The notes under the pieces: generated by a model
What the model was told of the DNA's origin: nothing
Databases searched by the model: none
Seen by the model: the letters and a program-made list of their open reading frames with translations, nothing else
Shown: in pieces, positions 47,680 to 56,705 of the stretch
Layout: every line of letters starts with the position of its first letter
Position numbering within the stretch: position 1 is the first letter of the stretch
Program-made: the position numbers and the translations under genes
Source of the DNA: Planctomycetota bacterium
GTDB lineage: Bacteria; Planctomycetota; B15-G4; SIAN01
NCBI GenBank assembly: GCA_031409275.1
Contig: JANNXA010000055.1
Coordinates: 288,001-352,000 of the forward strand
Length of the DNA stretch: 64,000 nt
Direction of reading: 5' to 3'

Positions 47680-47695
47680 TGGCATCCGTCGTGCT
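47680..47695 (+). promoter_or_regulatory. Putative sigma54 -24/-12 promoter
   Basis: TGGCATCCGTCGTGCT (GG-N10-GC), 52 nt upstream of ATG 47748. Confidence 0.45.
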
Positions 47696-47747
47696 GTGTT
47701 CGTCTAGGTTGCTCGTCTTCTGGCCCCTTCGGTGGCGCTCTTTTCTC

Positions 47748-49523
47748 ATGTGGCTTCGCCCGCTGCGTACGCCTCTCTGCGCGCTCGCCCTCCTCGGCCT
47801 GGCGGTCGCGGCCCCCGCCGCATCGCTTCGGGGCGGCAGCGGCCTGCGCGCACAGGCTCAGCAGGCGCCGCCGGCGCCGCCTCCCGCGGCTCAGAATGAC
47901 GGCATCGCCGGCCGGCGCGAGAGCGAGGGGCCGGCACGCGACGGCTTCGATGATCGGCTGCTCCCCGACGCGCCGCGCTCGCCGTGGCGCACCTGGTTCA
48001 ACCGCAACTTCCATCGTTTCGAACCGCTGCCGCTCGCCGGCGGTGCGGGACGTGGCGGTCTGCCCCCCCACCTCGTCGACCCCAAGCTCCGCAACGAACG
48101 GATCGCCAGCTACCGCAGCGATGTCGCGACGCGCCTCGCGCTGCTGCTGCGAGATCCCGACGATCGGGTGCGCGGCGCGGCCGCGATTTCGTTCGCTCGC
48201 GGCGGCTTCGTCCATGACGCGCGCGACGTGCAGCGGTTGTTCGAGCTCGCCGATGACGAGCAGCGGCGCGTGCGCTCGCAGGCAGTGCTCGCGGCAGCTC
48301 TTGGCGAATCGAGCCCGGCGCGCCACCGGCTGCTGCAGATCGCGCACGCCGACTTCGATGGCCTGCACCTGCAGAACGAGGTCGAGCGCGATCGAATTCG
48401 GGCGCTGGCGACTTTGTTCCTCTCGCTCGACGGCGAACCAGCGCTGCCCGCGCTGGTCCGCAGTTTCGCCGAGGATCCATCGACTCCACTGCAACTGCGC
48501 GCCCTGGTGATCCAAGGGCTCGGTTTGTCGCGGGCGGCGGCGGCGCTGCCGACCCTCGCCGCGCTCGTCGACGACGTCACGCAGCCGGCGCTGGTGCGTG
48601 CGGCAGCGGCGGCCGCGCTCGGACTGCTCGGCGACCCCGCCGCAGCACCGTTGCTGCTGGCGCGACTCGATCGACGCGACAGCGACACCGACGTGCGCGC
48701 CGCTGCAGCTCTCGCCCTCGGCGCCGTCGCGCCGCGCGGCGACGAGGAGTTCGTGCGCACCCTTCTGAAGGCGACCGAACACGAGAGCAACGCGCTCGTC
48801 GGTCGGTTCCTGCTGCTCGCGCTCGGCGAAATCGGTGGCACGACGGCCCGTCTGCGCCTCGAACGTGCGCTCGAACACGAAAGTGCCGAACAGCGCGTCT
48901 TCGCCGAACTCGGACTCGGCCTGCTCGCGCGACGTGGAGACCGCGAGCAAGCGATCGCGCCGCTCGAAGGCGCGTTGCGACGCACGCGTTCCCAGGATGA
49001 GCAGTGCGCGCTCCTGTGCGCGCTCGGCATCTCCGGCGCTCCGGAGGCGTTCGGCAGCATCGCCGGCTTCCTGGAGGCGAGCGCTCCCGAGGTGCGCCGC
49101 GCGGCGATCTCGGCGTTGTCGCTGCTCGGCCTGCCCGCCGCGGTGGCGAGCCTCGAACGGCTGCTGCTCGACGATTCGGCGCCAGAGGTGCGCATGCATG
49201 CTGCGCGCGCGCTCGGCCGCCTCGACCCGAGCTGCGCCGCCTTGATGATCCATGAACTCGGTGGCGGCCGCTCGCGCGCCGCGGCCGAACGCGCGAGCCT
49301 CATCCTGGCGATCGGCTTCACCCGCGACCCGGTCGCGCTCGAGCCTCTGCTGGAGCTCCTTCGCGAACCCGGCCACACTTCGCGCGAGCGCGAAGCCGCA
49401 ACGCAAGCGCTCGGCCTCATCTACGACGAACGGCAGCTGCCGCCAGGGCTGCCGCTGGTGGCCAGTCGCAGCTTCCTGAACGAGTCGTCCGAACTCGCCG
49501 AGCTCACCACGCTGGCCGAATGA
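47748..49523 (+). CDS. Exported HEAT-repeat protein
   Basis: Signal peptide and repeated VRxAAAxALG units. Confidence 0.8.
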   Translation: MWLRPLRTPLCALALLGLAVAAPAASLRGGSGLRAQAQQAPPAPPPAAQNDGIAGRRESEGPARDGFDDRLLPDAPRSPWRTWFNRNFHRFEPLPLAGGAGRGGLPPHLVDPKLRNERIASYRSDVATRLALLLRDPDDRVRGAAAISFARGGFVHDARDVQRLFELADDEQRRVRSQAVLAAALGESSPARHRLLQIAHADFDGLHLQNEVERDRIRALATLFLSLDGEPALPALVRSFAEDPSTPLQLRALVIQGLGLSRAAAALPTLAALVDDVTQPALVRAAAAAALGLLGDPAAAPLLLARLDRRDSDTDVRAAAALALGAVAPRGDEEFVRTLLKATEHESNALVGRFLLLALGEIGGTTARLRLERALEHESAEQRVFAELGLGLLARRGDREQAIAPLEGALRRTRSQDEQCALLCALGISGAPEAFGSIAGFLEASAPEVRRAAISALSLLGLPAAVASLERLLLDDSAPEVRMHAARALGRLDPSCAALMIHELGGGRSRAAAERASLILAIGFTRDPVALEPLLELLREPGHTSREREAATQALGLIYDERQLPPGLPLVASRSFLNESSELAELTTLAE

Positions 49524-49580
49524 GCATGCGCCTCGGTCGGCAACGACCGACTCATGGCGACTTCGGGCGACTACAGGCGA

Positions 49581-51203
49581 CTACAGGAACGTCGGCGGAT
49601 CGTCGTCGTCGTCGCTGTCGTCCTCGCCCGGCCGGCCCGCGCCATCGCGCGCGTCCTGCGGCGGTGCCCCCCCGCCTGCAGCACCGTGACGCCGCCGCAG
49701 CTCTTGCGCGAATGCCTCCACCTTCTGCCGCAGCCGCAACGCCTGGTAGGCGCTGGCGTGCGGCGGAAAGAGACGCGTATCCGCTTGCAGCAACATCGAG
49801 CAGAGGGCGAGCCGCAGCGCATCGGCCGGCTTCTCGACGCCGATCGCCTCGCGGATGCGATTGCCGACGCCCTTCCACCCCGGGTAGATCGGCAGCCCCT
49901 CCACCTCCGCGGGCGCCTTCCAGCCGGCCGCTTTGCGCAGGCGGCGCAGGCACATCGGATCGAGCAGCGGATCGACTCCCTGCAGCTTGTGGCCGGCCGC
50001 TTCGACCGCCAGGACGTCCACCCCCGCGATCACCGTCCCGAGGCGATGAACTTGCGGAGCGTCGGGCGCCTGTGGATCGAGAGCGCGCAGCACTTCGTAG
50101 GGGAAGACCCCGGCCGCCGCGCCGTCGCGCGAATGGACGGCGTCGATCAACGCGAAGTGGACCGGCAACTTGTCGAGCAGCGCCAAGGTCAGGTCGCCCG
50201 CATCGACCCCGTATTCGAGCGAGACGAGGTCGGTCGGCGTCGCCAGCGTGTGCCAGACGTTCCAGAGCGCCAGCGCGGGCCCCCAATGCTCGTCGGTTCG
50301 GTTCTTCGCGAAGACGATGCGGAAGTCGGCCTGCTTCCAGTAGCGACCTGTCGCCCGTTTGCCGAGCGCACCGACGTCGACCGGTTGCAACTCGTCTGCG
50401 AGATCGCGCAGTTCGTAGCACGACTCGTCGTAGCCGAGCGCCGCGCCAACTTGCTTGACCGAGCGGCGCGACAGATAGCGCGACAACTCGCCGCGCGTCT
50501 CCACGACGCGCAGGATGCGGAAGCCGCGATCGAGCAGTCCGTTGAAGAGTTGCGCGACGAGCTTCGGATCGACGTAGCTCACCGGCTCGGCCTCTTTGCG
50601 CACGCCGCGCATGAAGTCGACCTTGCAGACGACTTCGAAGAGCTCGCGACGCTTGCCCGACTTGAGCTGCGCATTCTCGACCGCTTCGTAGAAGCCGGAG
50701 TGCTTCAGCGTCTCGCCGAAGACCTTGGTCGCGTCTTCGCCGCGTGCGACGACGAATGGCCGCGGAGCGCCGCGAACGATGGGCGCGGGCGGCAGCGTCA
50801 CGAAGGGGGCAGACGCCGCCGCGGCGGGCACGCGAATCGGCGCCGGTGTTGGAACGGCAGGAGCGGCGGCGGGCGGCGGCACGGCGACGCGCGAGGTCGG
50901 CGCCGCGCGCTGGACCGCTCGGGTCTTCGGCGCCGGCCGCGAATCCTCTTCGTCGTCTTCTTCTTCCGTGTCGTCGTCGGCGTCGTCGGCATCCTCGGAC
51001 GCGTGAGCATGAGCGGCAATCGGTCGCTCGTCCGACTCGTCATCGTCGCCGTCGCCGCTCGCGTCGCTGGCCGCAACATCGACCTCGTCGTCGCTGCTGC
51101 TCGCCCGCGCCTTGCGCTTGGGGGCCGCGGCTTTCGCGGGTCGCTTGGTGCTCTTGGGAGCGGCGCGACTCGACGATGAACTCGCCTTCTTGCGGGTGGC
51201 CAT
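49581..51203 (-). CDS. Degenerate DUF362-like protein with long charged disordered N-terminus
   Basis: Lys/Ala block, Asp/Glu block and Pro/Ala linker, then VCKVDF, VDPKLV, ADFRIVFAKNRTD, ALIDA, IAGVDVLAVE. Confidence 0.6.
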   Translation of the reverse strand: MATRKKASSSSSRAAPKSTKRPAKAAAPKRKARASSSDDEVDVAASDASGDGDDDESDERPIAAHAHASEDADDADDDTEEEDDEEDSRPAPKTRAVQRAAPTSRVAVPPPAAAPAVPTPAPIRVPAAAASAPFVTLPPAPIVRGAPRPFVVARGEDATKVFGETLKHSGFYEAVENAQLKSGKRRELFEVVCKVDFMRGVRKEAEPVSYVDPKLVAQLFNGLLDRGFRILRVVETRGELSRYLSRRSVKQVGAALGYDESCYELRDLADELQPVDVGALGKRATGRYWKQADFRIVFAKNRTDEHWGPALALWNVWHTLATPTDLVSLEYGVDAGDLTLALLDKLPVHFALIDAVHSRDGAAAGVFPYEVLRALDPQAPDAPQVHRLGTVIAGVDVLAVEAAGHKLQGVDPLLDPMCLRRLRKAAGWKAPAEVEGLPIYPGWKGVGNRIREAIGVEKPADALRLALCSMLLQADTRLFPPHASAYQALRLRQKVEAFAQELRRRHGAAGGGAPPQDARDGAGRPGEDDSDDDDDPPTFL

Positions 51204-51488
51204 CCGTTTTTCTCGGGCCTCGTGCGGCCCCAAACCGGGGCAGTGGCGTCGTCGGCGGGCGCGGTCCCGCCATGGACCGCCACCCAAGACGCATGAAGCG
51301 AATCGACCTCGCTTCGCTCGCGGGGGAAGCCCCGCGGCTTGGAACCGACGACCGGCAGAGGTCTAAAGCCTGCCCCGGGGCGAAGCAAGAGGGCGCGCGC
51401 GTCGATGCGCTCACCCGACGCGCCGGAGCGTCCGCGCGAGGCGGCGTATCGTGCTTCTCCCCGATCGAGGCGCCTGGCGGACTCCCTC

Positions 51489-53183
51489 ATGCTCAACCTG
51501 CTGTCGATGAGTTTGACACTCGCCTGCTCGCCGGTTGGCGGCGAGCGGCCGCCGACGCCGCGCGCCGTCGACGTGCTTTTCTTCGCGCCGCTCGTCCGGA
51601 CGGTCGACCCGACGCAACCGCAGGCGGAATTCGTCGCCTGGCGCGAAGGACGCATCGTGGCCGTTGGCACGCGCGCGCAGGGGGAGGCGTTGCGCGCGGT
51701 CGCTTCCCGCATCGAGGAGGGGCCGGCGGGCAGCTGCCTGATTCCCGGATTCATTGACAGCCACGCCCATCTCTTCGCGATCGGCCACGCGCGCCGTGAA
51801 CTCGACCTCACCGGCACGCGCTCCTTCGCCGAGGTCGTTGCACGCACGGGCGAACGGGCCGCACGATGGCCCGCGGGTCGCTGGATTCGAGGTCGCGGCT
51901 GGGACCAGAACGACTGGCCCGACCAGGGATTCCCCCATCACGCCGAACTGTCGGCGGCGACCCCCGACCATCCGGTCCTCTTGACGCGCGTCGATGGTCA
52001 CGCGGTTCTGGCCAATGCCCGCGCGCTGCGCCTCGCGGGAATCGACGAGCGCAGCGTGGCGCCGGCTGGCGGCGAGATCGTGCGCGACGCGCATGGCGTC
52101 CCGACGGGTGTTCTGATCGATCGCGCCGTCGATCTGGTGGCGTCGATCGTGCCGCCGCCCACCGCCGATGAAGAACGCGACGCGCTCGCAAACGCGCTTC
52201 AGGCGTGCGCCGAGAACGGAATCACCTCGTTGCACGACGCCGGTATCGGCCGCGAGCGGCTGGCGCTGCTGATGGAAAGGGCGATCGCAGGCAGTCTGAG
52301 CGTCCGCCTTCACGAAATGCTCGACGGCGACGACGCGGCGCTCCTCGACGAGTGGTTCGCGCGTGGCCCGTTCCACGATGCCGGCGGATTCCTCGACGTG
52401 CGCGCGGTCAAGCTCTACGCCGATGGAGCGCTCGGGTCGCGCGGCGCGTGGCTGCTCGACGACTACGCTGATCGGTCAGGCCACCGCGGACTCGCACTGA
52501 TCGAACGTGAAGCGTTGGTCACGATCGCACGGCGATCGCTGCAGGCCGGATTCCAGCTTTGCACTCACGCCATCGGCGATGCGGCGAACCGCATGGTTCT
52601 CGACGCCTACGAAGCGGCGCTGAAGGAGGTCGGCGCGCCGGCACGCGACCATCGCTTTCGCGTCGAACATGCGCAGCTGCTCACGCCGAGCGACGTGCCG
52701 CGTTTCGCCGCTCTCGGCGTGGTCGCGGCCATGCAAAGCTGTCACGCGACGTCGGACGCGCCGTGGGTCCCCGCGCGAATCGGCGTCGCTCGCGCCGAAC
52801 AGGAGGCGTATGTCTGGCGGAGCCTGATCGACGGCGGCGCGCGGCTGTGCAACGGCACCGATGCGCCGGTCGAGTCGTTGTCGCCGTTGCGCAACCTCGC
52901 CGCGGCGCAGACTCGCCGCGATCCCGATGGCCCGATCGGGAGCACGTCAGCGGCCTTCTTTCCGCAGCAGTGCCTGAGTGGCGAAGAGGCGCTCGCGAGC
53001 GCGACCGCCGCCGGCGCCTACGCCGCATTTCGCGAATCGGAGCTCGGCGTCCTGCGCGTCGGGGCCTGCGCCGACCTCGTGCTGCTTTCCTCCGATCCGA
53101 CGCGACTCGCCCCCGATTCGTGGCGATCCGTGAAGGTCCTGCGGACGGTCGTCGCTGGACGAACTGTCCACACGCTGGACTGA
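51489..53183 (+). CDS. Amidohydrolase 3 family (YtcJ-like) metal-dependent hydrolase
   Basis: PGFIDSHAH, RVDGH, KLYADGALGSR, HAIGD, RVEHAQ, GTDAPVE. Confidence 0.9.
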   Translation: MLNLLSMSLTLACSPVGGERPPTPRAVDVLFFAPLVRTVDPTQPQAEFVAWREGRIVAVGTRAQGEALRAVASRIEEGPAGSCLIPGFIDSHAHLFAIGHARRELDLTGTRSFAEVVARTGERAARWPAGRWIRGRGWDQNDWPDQGFPHHAELSAATPDHPVLLTRVDGHAVLANARALRLAGIDERSVAPAGGEIVRDAHGVPTGVLIDRAVDLVASIVPPPTADEERDALANALQACAENGITSLHDAGIGRERLALLMERAIAGSLSVRLHEMLDGDDAALLDEWFARGPFHDAGGFLDVRAVKLYADGALGSRGAWLLDDYADRSGHRGLALIEREALVTIARRSLQAGFQLCTHAIGDAANRMVLDAYEAALKEVGAPARDHRFRVEHAQLLTPSDVPRFAALGVVAAMQSCHATSDAPWVPARIGVARAEQEAYVWRSLIDGGARLCNGTDAPVESLSPLRNLAAAQTRRDPDGPIGSTSAAFFPQQCLSGEEALASATAAGAYAAFRESELGVLRVGACADLVLLSSDPTRLAPDSWRSVKVLRTVVAGRTVHTLD

Positions 53184-53460
53184 ATCGCGGCGAAACGGCC
53201 GTTCCCCGGCGATTTTCCGTGGCCGACGAAGTTCGGCCCGCGACTTCCTAGGACGGTCTCCTGCAACCCCTGACGAAACGCCGGGACTGGGCTAGCCTCC
53301 CGGCGCTCGCTTCGGACCAGTTCCGTCGACCGCGCACAGCCCGCGCGGAAACGTGCGATGCCGCTCCTGCGGCCCAACGTTCGGCGAACGTGGAACGGCG
53401 ATTCGTCGTGCAGGTTGCTCATCGCCTGAACGCGTCGAAGCGCCGCTCCGCGAGCCGCAT

Positions 53461-53486
53461 GGAACCCCGTCGCCTCGCGGTCCGTC
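53461..53486 (+). promoter_or_regulatory. Putative ECF promoter
   Basis: GGAAC-N17-CGTC, upstream of the AGGAG SD and GTG 53533. Confidence 0.45.
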
Positions 53487-53532
53487 CAACCTTGCTACGC
53501 CGTGTTTGGCACCCGGGAAGAGGAGAAAACGA

Positions 53533-56532
53533 GTGTCCGATTTCGCCCGAGCTCCGCTCGTGAAACTCGCCCTTGCGAGCGTCACGTGGCTCGCCTGGAC
53601 CCACGCCGCCTCTGCCCAGACGCGCGTTGGCTCGTTCGTTGACGGGGAACGGCCGATGTACCTCGAGGTCCCGCCATTCGTTGATGGACAGGCGATTCAC
53701 CTCGAACTGCGCAACGTGCCGGCGGGCGCGAAGGCTCCGCTGCTGATCTGGAGCCTAGGCACCGATCTGATCGACCTCACGCCGGCGGGCGTGCCCGGCT
53801 CGCTCGGCCCTGACCTCACCATGGGGTCGCTCGAGTCGATGGACGCGGTCAACTTCACTTACGACGACGTCATTCCGACCGGACTCGCCGGCACCACGGT
53901 CTATCTGCAGGCCTACGTGAAGCTCCCCGGCGGCATCGGGCGACTCAGCTCGATGACGGCCACGCGCATCATCAACGTCGGCGACGATCCCGGCACCGCT
54001 CCCACCGTCAAGTTCCCGTTGCCGGTCACGGTCAGCGAACTGCTCGCTCCAGGAACCGCAGGTTTCGATCGCACGCTCGAAGCGCTGCGCGTCGGCGTTC
54101 CGCTGCCGAAAGGGCACGTCCTCGAGTCGAACGGCATTCCGCAACTGACCGTGCTCGGCGGCGCCGGTGAGGCGCAGTTTTCGACGCTCGCGAAGTGGGA
54201 CGACGGCAGCGTCAAGTGGGCGCTTTGCGAATGGCGCACAAGCCTCACGGCAGGCACTTCATCGACGGCGTTCTCGATCGACAAAGGGGCCGGCAACTTC
54301 GGTGGCGCGAATCTCGCCACGACGAGCGGGACGACCATCACCGTCGACACTGGCTCGGTCAAGGTGACCTTCGATCCGACCAAGAACGACCTGTTCGACA
54401 GCTACGTCCGTAGCAGTCGCGAAGTCTTCGACACGACGAAAGGCAACGGCCCCCGTTTCTGGGACTCGGCCGACGTCGAGTGGACGTGGCACGAAACCGC
54501 CGCCACGTTGCGGCGCAACGGCCCGGTGCGCGCGGAGGTGCAGATCGATGGCGCCTTCACGCGCACCAGCGCCAGCGACGACGCCGATCGCCTCTACGTG
54601 CGCTTCTACGTCGAGCTGACGAAAGGCTCTGCGGCCGCGAAGGTGACCGTCTCGCTGCGCGACAGCGCGCTCTCTTTTCCCGAACACCTGCTCTATCGCG
54701 GATTCACGTTTCGCGCCTACTTGAATGAGACCGGCACGCTCGACGTACGCCTCCCCGAGACGTCGACCGACGGCCTGCCGCAGAACCTCTGGAGCGGCCA
54801 GCTCACCGCCAGCGGCGACACCGCGCTGTTCAACCAGGGGTTCGCGCGCCTCAAGAACGACGAACTCTGCTACGACCCTAACTGGTCGAACTTCGTGCCG
54901 CTGCTCGAGCGGTTCGGCAACGACGTCTTCGCGAGCGAGGGTGTCCAGGCACGCATCGGCGCGACCTACTTCACCGGCGACGTGACCACCGGCTACCGGA
55001 CCGGCGAGCGCGAGTTCGCCGACCCGACCTTCATCGAAGTCAACGCGTCGAATGGGCGCGGAGTGCTCATGGGCCTGCCCTATGCGCGCTACTTCTGGCC
55101 GATCGAGGTCGCGGCGGCAGGCGATGGCCGCTGCGAGGTCGGCATCCTGCCGCACAAGGATCCCGCCGACACCTACAACTACACGCTCACCTACGCGAGC
55201 GCCGAAACCCGCTTCTTCTGGATCATGCCCGAAGGCGCGAAGGCGGCCGACCCGGTCGCCACGGCGTTCCCGTTCGATGCCCCCCTCGCCGCGCGTGCCG
55301 ACACCTGGGTCTACAACCAGTCCGACGTCTGGCACTGGAAGCTGGTCACGAAGCCGGAAGTCGACACCTACTGCACGCTCTCCGGCCTGCGGAAGCCGGC
55401 CCCCTCTTCGACTGACGTCGTGCGCACGATCTACGAGTACTCGAACACCACCGGCGGCGGCAGCAACAACTGGGAGGAGACGCGACGCTTCTATCAGTGG
55501 CTGCGCTTGGGCCTCGGCGGTGCGGCAATCAACTCGTGGATGGAGGCGTACTACAAAGTCGACAAGATGCCGTGGATCATCGACGATGGCACCGTCAGCC
55601 AACGCGCCTCGGTCCGCAACAAGACGGCGGTCGTGACGAAGAAGGACGACTACTACAACAACTCGAAGCACACCTATTGGCAGGTCGTCCCGGACTGGGG
55701 CTTCTCGCACGGCGACACCTACCTGCTCGACAGCGGCCGTCACATGTCGGAAACGCTGCTCGACAGCACCATCTCAGGCAACGTCGAGCCGAACGGCAAC
55801 TTCGTGAGCGGGACCTACGGCGCGATCATCAACGCGGCCGTCGCGGTGCTCGACTACTACGAGGATCCCGCGCTCCAGGGCTGGGCGCATCAGATCGTCT
55901 ACGAGTGGACCAACATCGTCTTTCAGGTCGACAACAACTTCGGCGTCAACACCGACAAGCGCGGCTGGCAGGCGCCGATCGGGACACCGGCCGGCCAGGC
56001 CGCCAACCCGGACGGTTACATCGTCTCGTGGGACGCCGGCAAGTCCTCCGACAAGGCGTCCTACGGCTACACCACGCAAGGATGGACCGACATCCGCAAC
56101 GGCTCTCAGGCCTTCGAACGCTACGTTCATTACCTGCGCGAGCACGATCCGTCCGACCCGCTCCTCGGCGATCTGCTGGCGCGCGGCGAGGACTGGTACC
56201 ACTACGCCCACCGCTCGATCCGCGACGACTGGCAGCTGCTGACGGGCGACCTCTACATCATCGACGTGTTCCGCGGCGACGCGGGGAACCCGGTGGTCGA
56301 CCCCTTCGAGGAGCCCGGCTTCGACATCGAGCAGGACGACCAGATCGGCTACGCGTTGCAGTCGATCGTCAACTTGAAGCTCGAGAACGAGATCTCGGAG
56401 ACCGCCTTCTCGTACGGTGTCGAGATGCACCGCAGCATGAGCAAGGGCACCTACGACTCGTACATCAATGACCCGATCCTGAACGAGTTCATCTGGCGCT
56501 ACCTCGTCCACTACGGCCTGCTCAAGCCGTGA
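53533..56532 (+). CDS. Large secreted protein, PcRGLX/YetA-like (lyase-like) paralog 1
   Basis: AGGAG SD, signal ending ASA-Q, LRVGVPLPKG...QFSTLAKWDDGSVKW (PcRGLX/YetA N-domain-like), RNGPVRAEV, aromatic-rich C-terminal half. Confidence 0.7.
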   Translation: MSDFARAPLVKLALASVTWLAWTHAASAQTRVGSFVDGERPMYLEVPPFVDGQAIHLELRNVPAGAKAPLLIWSLGTDLIDLTPAGVPGSLGPDLTMGSLESMDAVNFTYDDVIPTGLAGTTVYLQAYVKLPGGIGRLSSMTATRIINVGDDPGTAPTVKFPLPVTVSELLAPGTAGFDRTLEALRVGVPLPKGHVLESNGIPQLTVLGGAGEAQFSTLAKWDDGSVKWALCEWRTSLTAGTSSTAFSIDKGAGNFGGANLATTSGTTITVDTGSVKVTFDPTKNDLFDSYVRSSREVFDTTKGNGPRFWDSADVEWTWHETAATLRRNGPVRAEVQIDGAFTRTSASDDADRLYVRFYVELTKGSAAAKVTVSLRDSALSFPEHLLYRGFTFRAYLNETGTLDVRLPETSTDGLPQNLWSGQLTASGDTALFNQGFARLKNDELCYDPNWSNFVPLLERFGNDVFASEGVQARIGATYFTGDVTTGYRTGEREFADPTFIEVNASNGRGVLMGLPYARYFWPIEVAAAGDGRCEVGILPHKDPADTYNYTLTYASAETRFFWIMPEGAKAADPVATAFPFDAPLAARADTWVYNQSDVWHWKLVTKPEVDTYCTLSGLRKPAPSSTDVVRTIYEYSNTTGGGSNNWEETRRFYQWLRLGLGGAAINSWMEAYYKVDKMPWIIDDGTVSQRASVRNKTAVVTKKDDYYNNSKHTYWQVVPDWGFSHGDTYLLDSGRHMSETLLDSTISGNVEPNGNFVSGTYGAIINAAVAVLDYYEDPALQGWAHQIVYEWTNIVFQVDNNFGVNTDKRGWQAPIGTPAGQAANPDGYIVSWDAGKSSDKASYGYTTQGWTDIRNGSQAFERYVHYLREHDPSDPLLGDLLARGEDWYHYAHRSIRDDWQLLTGDLYIIDVFRGDAGNPVVDPFEEPGFDIEQDDQIGYALQSIVNLKLENEISETAFSYGVEMHRSMSKGTYDSYINDPILNEFIWRYLVHYGLLKP

Positions 56533-56567
56533 CCTAGCGCGTCGCGAACGAACGAGAACGATCCTGA

Positions 56568-56613
56568 TTCCGCCCGTCGCCGGGAGAGTTCCGGCGGCGG
56601 GCGGAACCTTTTT
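56568..56613 (+). terminator. Intrinsic terminator
   Basis: Stem TTCCGCCCGTCGCCGG/CCGGCGGCGGGCGGAA followed by CCTTTTT. Confidence 0.85.
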
Positions 56614-56705
56614 CAGACCAGCCCACGCTTCAGAGCGAGCCTCCCGACACCGAACTCACTGCTCGACGGATTCGAGCACCTGGGGATTCGGAGGTCTGGA
56701 ACGAC

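Noticed and set aside
53184..53460. Hairpins in the intergenic region as a riboswitch
   Set aside because: Only one short stem (CGCCGGGA...TCCCGGCG) was found, with no recognisable aptamer consensus.
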